A DNA stretch of 64,000 bases from Laetmonice hystrix (taxonomy: Eukaryota). Made by a program: the position numbers and the translations under genes. Shown here piece after piece: positions 1 through 12,413 of the stretch. Below the pieces are notes generated by a model. It did not search any database. It was not told the DNA's origin and saw only the letters and a list, made by a program, of their open reading frames with translations. Every line of letters starts with the position of its first letter. Position 1 is the stretch's first letter. The stretch lies in contig OZ249443.1 of the NCBI GenBank assembly GCA_965235115.1, positions 3,658,001-3,722,000 on the forward strand. The letters run 5' to 3'.

Positions 1-58
1 GGCGGATGACGCTTGTATTGGACGTGCCGAGGGCGGATGACGCTTGTATTGGACGTGC
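1..58. repeat. 31-bp tandem duplication at window edge
   Basis: GGCGGATGACGCTTGTATTGGACGTGC occurs at 1 and 32; may be the tail of an array upstream of the window. Confidence 0.8.
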
Positions 59-206
59 GAGTAGTTGTAGATACGGTGATTGTAGTAGCACACTAAAACA
101 ACACGCCCTTATAAAATGTACATGTGCGCATGCTCACCGTCTGATCCAGCGTCTGATCCGGGTCGCCTCCATCTTCATCCATTTCCCGTACAGTCTACCT
201 AATCAC

Positions 207-992
207 CTTCTCGAGACAGGCCTGTTGTCGTTCGTGTTTCTCTCGTAGTGCTTCTCGAGACAGGCCTGTTGTCGTTCGTGCTTCTCGAGACAGGCCTGTT
301 GTCGTTCGTGTTTCTCTGATAGTGCTTCTCGAGACAGGCCTGTTGTCGTTCGTGTTTCTGTCATAGTGCTTCTCGAGACAGGCCTGTTGTCGTTCGTGTT
401 TCTCTCGTAGTGCTTCTCGAGACAGGCCTGTTGTCGTTCGTGTTTCTCGAGACAGGCCTGTTGTCGTTCGTGCTTCTCTCATAGTGCTTCTCGAGACAGG
501 CCTGTTGTCGTTCATGCTTCTCTCATAGTGCTTCTCGAGACAGGCCTGTTGTCGTTCATGCTTCTCTCATAGTGCTTCTCGAGACAGGCCTGTTGTCGTT
601 CGTGCTTCTCTCATAGTGCTTCTCGAGACAGGCTTGTTGTCGTTCATGCTTCTCTCATAGTGCTTCTCGAGACAGGCCTGTTGTCGTTCGTGCTTCTCGA
701 GACAGGCCTGTTGTCGTTCGTGCTTCTCGAGACAGGCCTGTTGTCGTTCGTGCTTCTCGAGACAGGCCTGTTGTCGTTCGTGCTTCTCTCATAGTGCTTC
801 TCGAGACAGGCTTGTTGTCGTTCGTGCTTCTCGAGACAGGCCTGTTGTCGTTCGTGCTTCTCGAGACAGGCCTGTTGTCGTTCGTGCTTCTCGAGACAGG
901 CCTGTTGTCGTTCGTGTTTCTCGAGACAGGCCTGTTGTCGTTCCTGTTTCTCTCATAGTGCTTCTCGAGACAGGCCTGTTGTCTCATAGTGC
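207..992. repeat. Minisatellite with mixed ~30 and ~44-45 bp units
   Basis: Core CTTCTCGAGACAGGCCTGTTGTCGTTCGTG, with or without a CTCTCATAGTG insert. Confidence 0.97.
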
Positions 993-1735
993 CTGGAAGC
1001 CCTAATCGGTGCCCCCAGCCCATGCTAACACCACGAAAGATGTTTCTTATAGCGTATCTCTCTATATATATTCCAAAAACGGTTTATGTGTGAAAGGTTT
1101 GTCAGACAGTAACTGTTGGTCAACCTACTGTCCCCCTCTGTCACAACTTGGGGCGGTCCACAGTGGAGGCCCGAGTCGCGGCAGATTAAGAGATTTGTAA
1201 CCATTCAGCCGACTCGGAACCAGAAAGGTCAAGAAGCACGTATCAGTGGATTAAACATTGACATGTCCACAATGATATGTAGATAGAACAATGGTCACCC
1301 GTGCTTACTTGAAGAGAAGAGGACTGTGCCATGCAGGAACCAAGTGAAGTTAAGATCGATGCTCGTCTGAATAAAGTGCGATTCAGGGAAACTCGAACGG
1401 AGAAAGTACATTGATAAGAACCGATTCACGCTGTGCTAATTTCTCCAGTTTAACGTGATCAGTTCAATTGTAATCACCGTCGCCCGGTATAATTGGTGAT
1501 CGGGCCAGGCTGAACCTGACGGTTTGTTGGAAACGTTTACAGTTACATAAAATTCTGCCATGCACGTAGAGTACAAAGTGTTCGGGGTTATAATTGTGAT
1601 AACTTCAAGCTTACACGATTTATCGTCCTAAAGCAATTTGATCAAAGAGAATACTAATCGTTATCGAATCGAGAATGATCACTGCCGCGCGCAAGTTTCC
1701 CTGTGCCCCGGTCTCTGGAGCTTGAAGGTATTCCG

Positions 1736-3040
1736 GTTGTCTGTTTGGGGTGAGATGAGGGTTGTCTGTTTGGGGTGAGATGAGGGTTGTCTGTTTGGGG
1801 GTGAGATGAGGGTTGTCTGTTTGGGTGAGATGAGGGTTGTCTGTTTGGGGTGAGATGAGAGTTGTCTGTTTGGGGGTGAGATGAGGGTTGTCTGTTTGGG
1901 TGAGATGAGTGTTGTCTGTTTGGGGGTGAGGTGAGGGTTGTCTGTTTGGGTGAGATGAGGGTTGTCTGGTTTGGGGTGAGGTGAGGGTTGTCTGTTTGGG
2001 GGTGAGATGAGGGTTGTCTGTTTGGGGGTGAGATGAGGGTTGTCTGTTTGGGGTTGAGATGAGGGCTGTCTGTTTGGGGGTGAGATGAGGGTTGTCTGTT
2101 TGGGGTGAGATGAGGGTTGTCTGTTTGCGGTGAGATGAGGGTTGTCTGTTTGTGGGTGAGATGAGGGTTGTCTGTTTGGGTGAGATGAGGGTTGTCTGTT
2201 TGGGTGAGATGAGGGTTGTCTGTTTGGGTGAGATGAGGGTTGTCTGTTTGGGTGAGATGAGGGTTGTCTGTTTGGGGTGAGATGAGGGTTGTCTGTTTGG
2301 GGTGAGATGAGGGTTGTCTGTTGGGGGTGAGATGAGGGTTGTCTGTTTGGGGTGAGATGAGGGTTGTCTGTTGAGGGTGAGATGAGGGTTGTCTGTTTGG
2401 GGTGAGATGAGGGTTGTCTGTTTGGGGTTGAGATGAGGGTTGTCTGTTTGGGGTTGAGATGAGGGTTGTCTGTTTGGGGGTGAGATGAGGGTTGTCTGTT
2501 TGGGGTTGAGATGAGGGTTGTCTGTTTGGGGTTGAGATGAGGGTTGTTCTGTTTGGGGGTGAGATGAGGGTTGTCTGTTTGGGGTGAGATGAGGGTTGTC
2601 TGTTTGGGGTGAGATGAGGGTTGTCTGTTTGGGGGTGAGATGAGGGTTGTCTGTTTGGGGGTAAGATGAGGCTTGTCTGTTTGTGGCGGGATGAGGGTTG
2701 TCTGGGGGTGAGATGAGGGTTGTCTGTTTGGGGGTGAGATGAGGGTTGTCTGTTTGTGGCGGGATGAGGGTTGTCTGGGGGTGAGATGAGGGTTGTCTGT
2801 TTGGGGTGAGTTGAGGGTTGTCAGTTTGGGGTGAGATGAGGGTTGTCTGTTTGGGGTGAGATGAGGGTTGTCTGTTTGGGGTGAGATGAGGGTTGCCTGT
2901 TTGGGGTGAGATGAGGGTTGCCTGTTTGGGGTGAGATGAGAGTTGCCTGTTTGGGGATGAGTTGAGGGTTGTCAGTTTGAGGTGAGATGAGGGTTGTCTG
3001 TTTGGGGTGAGATGAGGGTTGCCTGTTTGGGGTGAGATGG
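1736..3040. repeat. G-rich minisatellite, 24-27 bp unit, ~50 copies
   Basis: GTTGTCTGTTTGGGGTGAGATGAGG with variable G-run length. Confidence 0.98.
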
Positions 3041-3178
3041 GAGGTGAACTCAAACAGTGAATTATTGCGTCACACATGAGGAGTGCTTAGATTCGGCCGA
3101 GCTGGAGGATACTTGGGGATTTCCCCACACATTGTGTTAAAGTTGCCAGATTTGGCCCAGATATTGCTTATACCATAC

Positions 3179-3210
3179 CATAGACATAGAGCATCTACTC
3201 TACGTCTATG
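3179..3210. mobile_element. 32-bp minimal TIR element with CA..TG ends and a flanking direct repeat
   Basis: CATAGACATAGAG-catcta-CTCTACGTCTATG (12/13 inverted match), with ACCATAC at 3172-3178 and 3211-3217. Confidence 0.6.
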
Positions 3211-3956
3211 ACCATACCAAACCAATATTACGACTAGTTGACATCTTACGATGAGGCCAGGTAGCAGTTGGTTTTTAGAAGAGTCAGACAGTCTGTAAGG
3301 ACGGTAATGTACTCATTGTGACCACTGACTTTCCATGGTAACAGCGGGGGCCGTGAGAACAAACAGACAGCCACATGTGATATGAGCGTTTTTGTTACCT
3401 TGGTGACAGATTCCAATTAAAAGGTTTTCGCCGTTAATTAAAGCACCATTCTTATGTTATCTCAGGATGTCCTACTTTTTAGGCATTCGTTCAATGGGAT
3501 ATTCTCCCGCTTCGATGAGCGAACAACAAGTTTGTAAATTTTAATATTGGGGAGACAGGTAGACGTGTACAGATCTAGGCTATTGTTGTGTTATAATAGC
3601 GTGCAGAACCCAGTCACATGGGATGGGCCCTACGTACTTGTCAAAAAGGGCGAATTTAAATTCAGAGTATTATTTTATTATATATTGTATATATATATTA
3701 AATAGCACGTCCTCCCGAATCGTGTGTCATTATTGTAGGCGTAAGTGTTCAGATACATAACGAGCTACGGGTGCTTGTATCTGCAATACCCATCTTCCTA
3801 AACTAGGAAGCTTTAAGAGAAAGATATACATCAGTGAAACCCTGAAGTCTTTTACATGCAAAAATTAAAACAACAAAGGTGATATGAGAGTGAGGCTGAG
3901 GACCCCGGATGTGGTCGTTTAATGGACGCACGGAGTCATGCCGGCGGGGGGTGGAT

Positions 3957-3987
3957 GAGGAGGAGGAGGAGGAGGAGGAGGAGGAGG
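3957..3987. repeat. (GGA)n microsatellite
   Basis: About 10 GAG/GGA triplets. Confidence 0.95.
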
Positions 3988-4555
3988 TCGTACACGGTGA
4001 AATATGATAAGCATCCTTTCACTGTCTCCTCACGAGTATGGAGCCACGCATCATAAATCGTGAAAGCGTCTGATGTCCCTCATCCTGCTGCTAGACTGAC
4101 CTTTGGAAGAACGCTGACCCCGCGCGCGCACTGGGTTTATGTGCCAGCCATGACGTCATAACACGTCTCCGGGCGGCATGGAGTCGCGCAGTCCTGTCGT
4201 CGTTAGGGTCGGGATAGCGTAGGTGTAGATATATACCCTCACCCCCGCCCACCCCCACCCCACCCCACCGCAACATGTCATCAACCCACCGGCACATAAC
4301 AGCCCTTACAGACAATGTACTGGCCCATAATGCAGCAGTGGCCCATAATGCAGCAGTGGCGTGTGTTTGATGTTTGGCCTCATGTCGGTGTGGCCGTTTG
4401 ATCTGGGCGTGTTGGAGCTCGGATCATTGTCCAATCTCTGACTGACTGTAGACGTGAACAAAGTGGGTGGTGACTCCCGGAGGTTGTGGGCCCACGGGTA
4501 CTTGGTTTAGTTAACCCCCACCGCCCTCATGTAAATAACTGTCAACCTGTAATCT

Positions 4556-7500
4556 ACAATCGGGATAAGGCGGTCACGTCTTTAGGGCTGGGGCCACCCA
4601 CAGATAACGGCGTGTAGGTAGGAACCCCTGCTTGCTCTGGTTCTGTACGGGTTGTGTCTAAACGCATGGATGCTGTAGACAAGGTATACAGCGCGACCCC
4701 TGCTTGCTCTGGTTGTGAACGGGTTGTGTCTATACGCATGGATGCTATAGACAAGGTATGCAGCGCGGGTTGGGGCCACCCACAGATAGCGACGTGTAGG
4801 TAGGAACCCCTGCTTGCTCTGGTTCTGAACGGGTTGTGTCTATACGCATGGATGCTGTATACAAGGTATACAGCGCGGCCTGGGGCCACCCACAGATAAC
4901 GGCGTGTAGGTAGGAACCCCTGCTTGCTCTGGTTCTGTACGGGTTACCCGGTTGTGTCTATAGGCATGGATGCTGTAGACAAGGGATGCAGCGCGACCCC
5001 TGCTTGCTCTGGTTCTGTACGGGTTGTGTCTATACGCATGGATGCTGTAGACAAGGTATGCAGCGCGGGCTGGGGCCACCCACAGATAGCGACGTGTAGG
5101 TAGGAACCCCTGCTTGCTCTGGTTCTGTACGGGTTGTGTCTATACGCATGGATGCTGTAGACAAGGTATGCAGCGCGGGCTGGGGCCACCCACAGATAAC
5201 GGCGTGTAGGTAGGAACCCCTGCTTGCTCTGGTTCTGTACGGGTTGTGTCTATACGCATGGATGCTGTAGACAAGGTATGCAGCGCGGGTTGGGGCCACC
5301 CACAGATAGCGACGTGTAGGTAGGAACCCCTGCTTGCTCTGGTTCTGTACGGGTTGTGTCTATGGATGCTGTAGACAAGGTATGCAGCGCGGGATGGGGC
5401 CACTCACAGATAGCGACGTGTAGGTAGGAACCCCTGCTTGCTCTGGTTCTGTACGGGTTGTGTCTATACGCATGGATGCTGTAGACAATGTATGCAGCGC
5501 GGGCTGGGGCCGCTCACAGATAGCGACGTGTAGGTAGGAACCACTGCTTGCTCTGGTTCTGTACGGGTTGTGTCTATGGATGCTGTAGACAAGGTATGCA
5601 GCGCGGGATGGGGCCACTCACAGATAGCGACGTGTAGGTAGGAACCCCTGCTTGCTCTGGTTCTGTACGGGTTGTGTCTATGGATGCTGTAGACAAGGTA
5701 TGCAGCGCGGGATGGGGCCACTCACAGATAGCGACGTGTAGGTAGGAACCCCTGCTTGCTCTGGTTCTGTACGGGTTGTGTCTATACGCATGGATGCTGT
5801 AGACAAGGTATGCAGCGCGGGCTGGGGCCACCCACAGATAGCGACGTGTAGGTAGGAACCCCTGCTTGCTCTGGTTCTGTACGGGTTGTGTCTATGGATG
5901 CTGTAGACAAGGTATGCAGCGCGGGATGGGGCCACTCACAGATAGCGACGTGTAGGTAGGAACCCCTGCTTGCTCTGGTTCTGTACGGGTTGTGTCTATA
6001 CGCATGGATGCTGTAGACAATGTATGCAGCGCGGGCTGGGGCCGCTCACAGATAGCGACGTGTAGGTAGGAACCACTGCTTGCTCTGGTTCTGAACGGGT
6101 TGTGTCTATACGCATGGATGCTGTAGACAAGGTATGCAGCGCGGGCTGGGGCCACCCACAGATAGCGACGTGTAGGTAGGAACCCCTGCTTGCTCTGGTT
6201 CTGTACGGGTTGTGTCTATACGCATGGATGCTGTAGACAAGGTATGCAGCGCGGGATGGGGCCACTCACAGATAGCGACGTGTAGGTAGGAACTACTGCT
6301 TGCTCTGGTTCTGTACGGGTTGTGTCTATACGCATGGATGCTGTAGACAAGGTATGCAGCGCGACCCCTGCTTGCTCTGGTTCTGAACGGGTTGTGTCTA
6401 TACGCATGGATGCTGTAGACAAGGTATACAGCGCGGCCTGGGGCCACCCACAGATAGCGACGTGTAGGTAGGAACCCCTGCTTGCTGTGGTTCTGTACGG
6501 GTTGTGTCTATACGCATGGCTGCTGTAGACAAGGTATGCAGCGCGGGTTGGGGCCACCCACAGATAGCGACGTGTAGGTAGGAACCCCTGCTTGCTCTGG
6601 TTCTGTACGGGTTGTGTCTATACGCATGGATGCTGTAGACAAGGTATGCAGCGCGGGTTGGGGCCACCCACAGATAGCGACGTGTAGGAAGGAACCCCTG
6701 CTTGCTCTGGTTCTGTACGGGTTGTGTCTATACGCATGGATGCTGTAGACAAGGTATGCAGCGCGGGTTGGGGCCACCCACAGATAGCGACGTGTAGGTA
6801 GGAACCCCTGCTTGCTCTGGTTCTGTACGGGTTGTGTCTATACGCATGGATGCTGTAGACAAGGTATACAGCGCGGGCTGGGGCCACCCACAGATAGCGA
6901 CGTGTAGGTAGGAACCCCTGCTTGCTCTGGTTCTGTACGGGTTGTGTCTATACGCATGGATGCTGTAGACAAGGTATGCAGCGCGACCCCTGCTTGCTCT
7001 GGTTGTGAACGGGTTGTGTCTATACGCATGGATGCTGTAGGCAAGGTGTGCAGCGCGGGCTGGGGCCACCCACAGATAGCGACGTGTAGGTAGGAACCAC
7101 TGCTTGCTCTGGTTCTGTACGGGTTGTGTCTATGGATGCTGTAGACAAGGTATGCAGCGCGGGTTGGGGCCGCCCACAGATAGCGACGTGTAGGTAGGAA
7201 CCACTGCTTGCTCTGGTTCTGTACGGGTTGTGTCTATACGCATGGATGCTGTAGACAAGGTATGCAGCGCGACCCTTGCTTGCTCTGGTTGTGAACGGGT
7301 TGTGTCTATAGGCATGGATGCTGTAGACAAGGTATGCAGCGCGACCCTTGCTTGCTCTGGTTGTGAACGGGTTGTGTCTATAGGCATGGATGCTGTAGAC
7401 AAGGTATACAGCGCGACCCCTGCTTGCTCTGGTTCTGTACGGGTTGTGTCTATGGATGCTGTAGACAAGGTATACAGCGCGGCCTGGGGCCACCCACAGA

Positions 7501-7770
7501 TAGCGACGTGTAGGTAGGAACTACTGCTTGCTCTGGTTCTGTACGGGTTGTGTCTATACGCATGGATGCTGTAGACAAGGGATGCAGCGCGACCCCTGCT
7601 TGCTCTGGTTCTGAACGGGTTGTGTCTATACGCATGGATGCTGTAGACAAGGTATACAGCGCGGGCTGGGGCCACCCACAGATAACGACGTGTAGGTAGG
7701 AACCACTGCTTGCTCTGGTTCTGTACGGGTTGTGTCTATAGGCATGGATGCTGTAAACAAGGTATGCAGC
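4556..7770. repeat. Modular minisatellite, 110/104/72 bp units, ~30 copies
   Basis: A 38-bp module (GGGCTGGGGCCACCCACAGATAGCGACGTGTAGGTAGG) plus a 72-bp module; the 104-bp variant lacks ACGCAT and the 72-bp variant lacks the first module. Confidence 0.98.
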
Positions 7771-8516
7771 GAAAGGCCCAGGATTTCATCTCACTTCAGG
7801 TAAAGAGTGGACTATGTAATGATTGAAACCAATGCCTCCACCTACCTTCCAAACTTCCTGGTGAAATCACTTCATGTGAGTGAGTCCTCAATGTCTATAT
7901 CTCTGTGACATACTGTTTGAGCCATAATGAAGTCTGGGTTGCAGGGTGCATGTAATCATGACGTGCCTGGTCATGGGGGAGGGGAGTGGGGCTATATACT
8001 AATAATAAAGAAATATTTCTCCCTGAAAGATTTGGCTACTATATAGACTTATTCCGAAACGTATTGGGATAGAGAATTTTTGAGAAATATTTAAAAGCTT
8101 ACCTGTCCGAATATATAAAGTAATTATCGTTAAAACATGCAATCTGGTTCAAGTGGTGTTATGTTCTCTCATCAGTAATTGGTCTGCGTTTTACTTATTT
8201 ATACATAATTACTATACCAGTCCGATGATTGCGTCTAATCGGAACGTTGATCAAGAATAGCACGCTGTAAATTGGCTTTTTAAAAGCTTAAATGCATTTA
8301 GTTTTTGTCGGCGTGTTATAATAGCTATGGAGGATGTATCGTGAAATTCTAAACCAGGCAAAGTAGGTTTGTTCATTTGGCGAGAGAAAAGGAGCGATTT
8401 TAAGTCGCCATCCTTCACATCCTTTTTTTAAATATTCTATTTTAATGTACTTTTTAAAAAATTCAGTGCAGGTGTGGAGTTACTATAGTAATTATCGCAT
8501 TACAATGTCATACTTT

Positions 8517-9364
8517 GGATGCTACAACGCTATAAACACACTGTGAGCGATTTGTACTAGATGCTACAACGCTATAAATACACTGTGAGCGATTTGTACT
8601 GGATGCTACAACGCTATAAACACACTGTGAGCGATTTGTACTAGATGCTACAACGCTATAAATACACTGTGAGCGATTTGTACTGGATGCTACAACGCTA
8701 TAAACACACTGTGAGCGATTTGTACTGGATGCTACAACGCTATAAATACACTGTGAGCGATTTGTACTGGATGCTACAACACTATAAACACACTGTGAGC
8801 GATTTGTACTGCCTGCTACAACGCTATAAATACACTGTGAGCGATTTGTACTGCCTGCTACAACGCTATAAATACACTGTGAGCGATTTGTACTGGATGC
8901 TACAACGCTATAAATACACTGTGAGCGATTTGTACTGGATGCTACAACACTATAAACACACTGTGAGCGATTTGTACTGCCTGCTACAACGCTATAAATA
9001 CACTGTGAGCGATTTGTACTGCCTGCTACAACGCTATAAATACACTGTGAGCGATTTGTACTGGATGCTACAACGCTATAAATACACTGTGAGCGATTTG
9101 TACTGGATGCTACAACGCTATAAATACACTGTGAGCGATTTGTACTGCCTGCTACAACGCTATAAATACACTGTGAGCGATTTGTACTGGATGCTACAAC
9201 ACTATAAACACACTGTGAGCGATTTGTACTGGATGCTACAACACTATAAATACACTGTGAGCGATTTGTACTGGATGCTACAACACTATAAACACACTGT
9301 GAGCGATTTGTACTGGATGCTACAACACTATAAACACACTGTGAGCGATTTGTACTGCCTGCTA
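8517..9364. repeat. 42-bp minisatellite, ~20 copies
   Basis: GCTACAACGCTATAAATACACTGTGAGCGATTTGTACTGGAT. Confidence 0.98.
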
Positions 9365-9648
9365 TTGAGAGGTAGGCAAGGGGTTTCCTCAGGATATGAT
9401 TTATATTGGGTGGTGGTGGGGGGGGGGGGGCACTTTGGGGGGATGCCGAGAGAATACCCAACAGAGTATTTTTGGTTGGGAGTCTTTCTCCCCCCCTGGT
9501 TATCTGAAATAACATATGTATATCAAACCCCCACACACCTCAGTCACCACTCCTCATGTAGGACTCCTGCACGCCAGGCTATCGACATCAACATGAGGAC
9601 TTGATCTTTGTTAACGTGGGCCGGTCAGACGAATGGTTCCTGTTACCA

Positions 9649-9660
9649 CCACCAGGGGGC
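9649..9660 (+). promoter_or_regulatory. CTCF-like motif
   Basis: CCACCAGGGGGC matches the CTCF core. Similar motifs lie near 12835, 15628, 18400, 29645, 38833, 49849 and 51343. Motif match only. Confidence 0.35.
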
Positions 9661-9858
9661 TACCACGGTAACTCTCACGGTACCGATCAGCGACGACAGC
9701 GCCGCCTAGTGTGATTCATAGGTTTCTAACCAGGGCCCCGCACATGGGTCGCCACGGCACAGACACGCCACCTAGTGATTACATTAATCAATTCGTTACC
9801 ACACAGGGTCGAAAACGGCTTCAACAAAAGGAAAAACTTTCCTAAAGTGTTTCGATAT

Positions 9859-10050
9859 ATTGTACATGTATTGAGGGACAGTCAGAGACTCGTCATTACT
9901 TCAACCTTCTGCCGGCAGATGGCGGGCGTTAAATGAGGATGGACAGGACATACATTGTACATGTATTGAGGGACAGTCAGAGACTCGTCATTACTTCAAC
10001 CTTCTGCCGGCAGATGGCGGGCGTTAAGTGAGGATGGACAGGACATACAT
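9859..10050. repeat. 95-bp tandem duplication (2 copies)
   Basis: ATTGTACATGTATTGAGGG...GGACAGGACATAC at 9859 and 9954, one mismatch. Confidence 0.95.
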
Positions 10051-10320
10051 CTTTTAGACAAATTCACCGTCATATCTTTGTCAGGTGTTGTCTAGGGGGC
10101 AATATTAGCGGGGAACCGCACCCACTCAACCAGTGTTATAGTTAGGCCAGACATTGGCAGTCTCGCACAGACATCTCTTATCTTACCTTGTATACTTGGG
10201 CTAGGCCTGAGATATTAATCACATTTAAGCTGGTTATATCCTCCACTTTGTTATGGCCCGATCCGACATTTTAGGTTAGAAATGACTACTAAGTCTTGTT
10301 TACTCAGCAATCTTATTATA

Positions 10321-11173
10321 TCGGGTGGATAAAAAAAAACGCCCCGAACTTTAAATTTTAATATTTCAATAACTTTGCATTATAATTCAATAAAATTTCT
10401 CTTAATTTAACTTCATGATATTATCTCTTGTATGTTAAAGTTTCCGCTCAATAGCTTCGATATTAATCCCGTGGCGCTAAAAACAAAAATCAGTGTCTAA
10501 AAACACAATGCCGGAATTAGGTCAAATATCATGCAGCTGCCAGGTGTCCAATTTGATACCTGTTTGATGTACCGCATTGTACTTTGGGTAAAAACATTTT
10601 CAATATTTAGTTTTTGCATGTTTTACAATATGTATAATGTTGTGAACCACTAGATATAATAAATTATGTCCTATTCCTAGTACTTCTAGAGAAACCCAGA
10701 TGTTTAATGTGCCAAACCCTACAGAGACACTGCAACATTAGGACGATATGACTGTAAGCAGAAGTTTAAGGGAAATCGTATCATTATCACGTTTAGCAAC
10801 ACGTTCAGAACGCTGCTTATTTCCCAATAATGGGAAGATAATTCCCTATCATAGATCAGAAAGTGCTTTGGCGATGTAAAAAGAGACTGAGAGCAGTATG
10901 AAGTGAAAACGGGGGACCGATTGACCACCTACTCTAGTGTGAGGCCAGGGACTCTGGTGCGACTACCACTCGCTTTAGGCCGGCATTGCGCCTTTGTACA
11001 ATGATTTTTGTTTTCAGCGCTACGGAAATATTATTCAAGCTATTGAGTTGTAACATTAACAACTAAGAGACAACATCATAAAGTGATAGTAAGAAAAATT
11101 TCATTGAATTACAATCAAGACTTTTTGAAATATTGGAGTTTAAAGTTCGGGGCGTTTTTTTTTATCCACCCGA
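10321..11173. mobile_element. Non-autonomous Tc1/mariner-like element, 853 bp
   Basis: TA flanks at 10319-20 and 11174-75. Terminal IR TCGGGTGGATAAAAAAAAACGCCCCGAACTTTAAA; imperfect inverted similarity continues for ~190 bp. No transposase ORF. Confidence 0.88.
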
Positions 11174-11366
11174 TATAATATATTGCAGCATGCTGTCAAT
11201 GATTTGTGAACGCGTGTCAGACAAATTAGTTATCCCCCCTTAATTCTTCTTCCTTATTTATTTATTATTATTATGACAACGTTGAACGGATATACCCTCT
11301 AATCTAGATCCTGGACGGCTCACTCCAACGGCTCTCTGAAAAAGAAACTTGTTATTTTTGTTACAG

Positions 11367-11643
11367 CGCTTGGCGGCGGGTCGCCTGAATCAGACGCCAT
11401 GATTGGTGCGGCAGGTAGCCGCCACCTGTCGTCAAGGCGACGGTCGTCGATGGCGTCACTGGGCCAGACGCCACACTCGACGTCCCTGCTGACGGCGTCC
11501 ATGTTCGGCCGGCTCAGTGAGCGAGACGAGGAACCGGAACTACGCCTACCAACCGTCCCGCGCAGGCGCGCTGTCAACACCTCCGACTTACGCTCATGCG
11601 CACTGGTCCAGAGCAAAATGAAAACTTGGAAATATTACCCAGA
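11367..11643 (+). CDS. Candidate internal coding exon (phase 1 to 2), S/R-rich, family unknown
   Basis: Acceptor TTGTTATTTTTGTTACAG|, donor GA|GTGAGT. Open frame LGGGSPESDAMIGAAG...SKMKTWKYYP; GC-rich relative to flanks. Confidence 0.5.
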
Positions 11644-12176
11644 GTGAGTACCGTTTTTCTTCATTTGAAATAGATAAACAAATACAGAAGTTACATATAA
11701 GTGTTACAAATAGACTCACGAATGCTAAGCGTCCCCAGAGACATATGTTGCAGCACTTGTATGATGTAACCGATACTGGGGGTCCATAATATTATTATGA
11801 CGTAAAATGTACGTCAGACGAACAGGTTACGTCACGTGACGTAAAGGATTGTATCACGTGACCAGAGATGGACGTATTGGATGTACGCTTCTACGGGTCG
11901 CGAAATTATGTAGGTGCTATTGAATTATAATTGTTTTTGATGATACGACAATGTTCCACTGTGATTTTAGTTAATATATGAAATGTTGGCGCGAAGACTG
12001 CGGTTATTATGAAGTATGTAGCTCTATTAAATACTGAAAATATAGTTATATAGCCCGTATAAAAGTTACGTTATTTAAGCATAATGTGACTTTGAGCGGC
12101 GCCAGCATGAACTTAACACAGATAAAGAACGGATATGAAACGGATCAAACGGTACCTTATAACATGTCATCCAGCG

Positions 12177-12413
12177 TCAGTACCTAGTCATCCGTCTCAT
12201 CTGATATTGGATATCTCCTGGTTGGTTCTCCTGGCCGACTTGAAGACTTTTTCCGACTTTGCTGGGGTTACTGTATGACTTTGTAGACAACTTGACAAGA
12301 CTGGCAAACACCTTCTTATGTTTAAATTTAGAAGCCCGCTTTAGAAGTACTTTTTTAATGTTATTTAAGAAACATCCGCTTGGATCATGATATTTGGGAC
12401 ATGAAGAATACAT
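12177..12413 (-). CDS. Possible terminal exon, Lys-rich, unknown product
   Basis: ORF ...NNIKKVLLKRASKFKHKKVFASLVKLSTK...; the antisense frame is also open and no firm splice sites were found. Confidence 0.2.
   Translation of the reverse strand: MYSSCPKYHDPSGCFLNNIKKVLLKRASKFKHKKVFASLVKLSTKSYSNPSKVGKSLQVGQENQPGDIQYQMRRMTRY

Noticed and set aside
1620-3077. 485-aa P/Q/T-rich ORF
   Set aside because: Translation of a 24-27 bp array; no unique domain or coding boundaries
4554-7675. Many overlapping 65-181 aa ORFs
   Set aside because: Frame-shifting translations of 110/104/72-bp units
8508-9604. 342-aa and 319-aa ORFs on opposite strands
   Set aside because: A stop-free 42-bp unit gives ORFs on both strands
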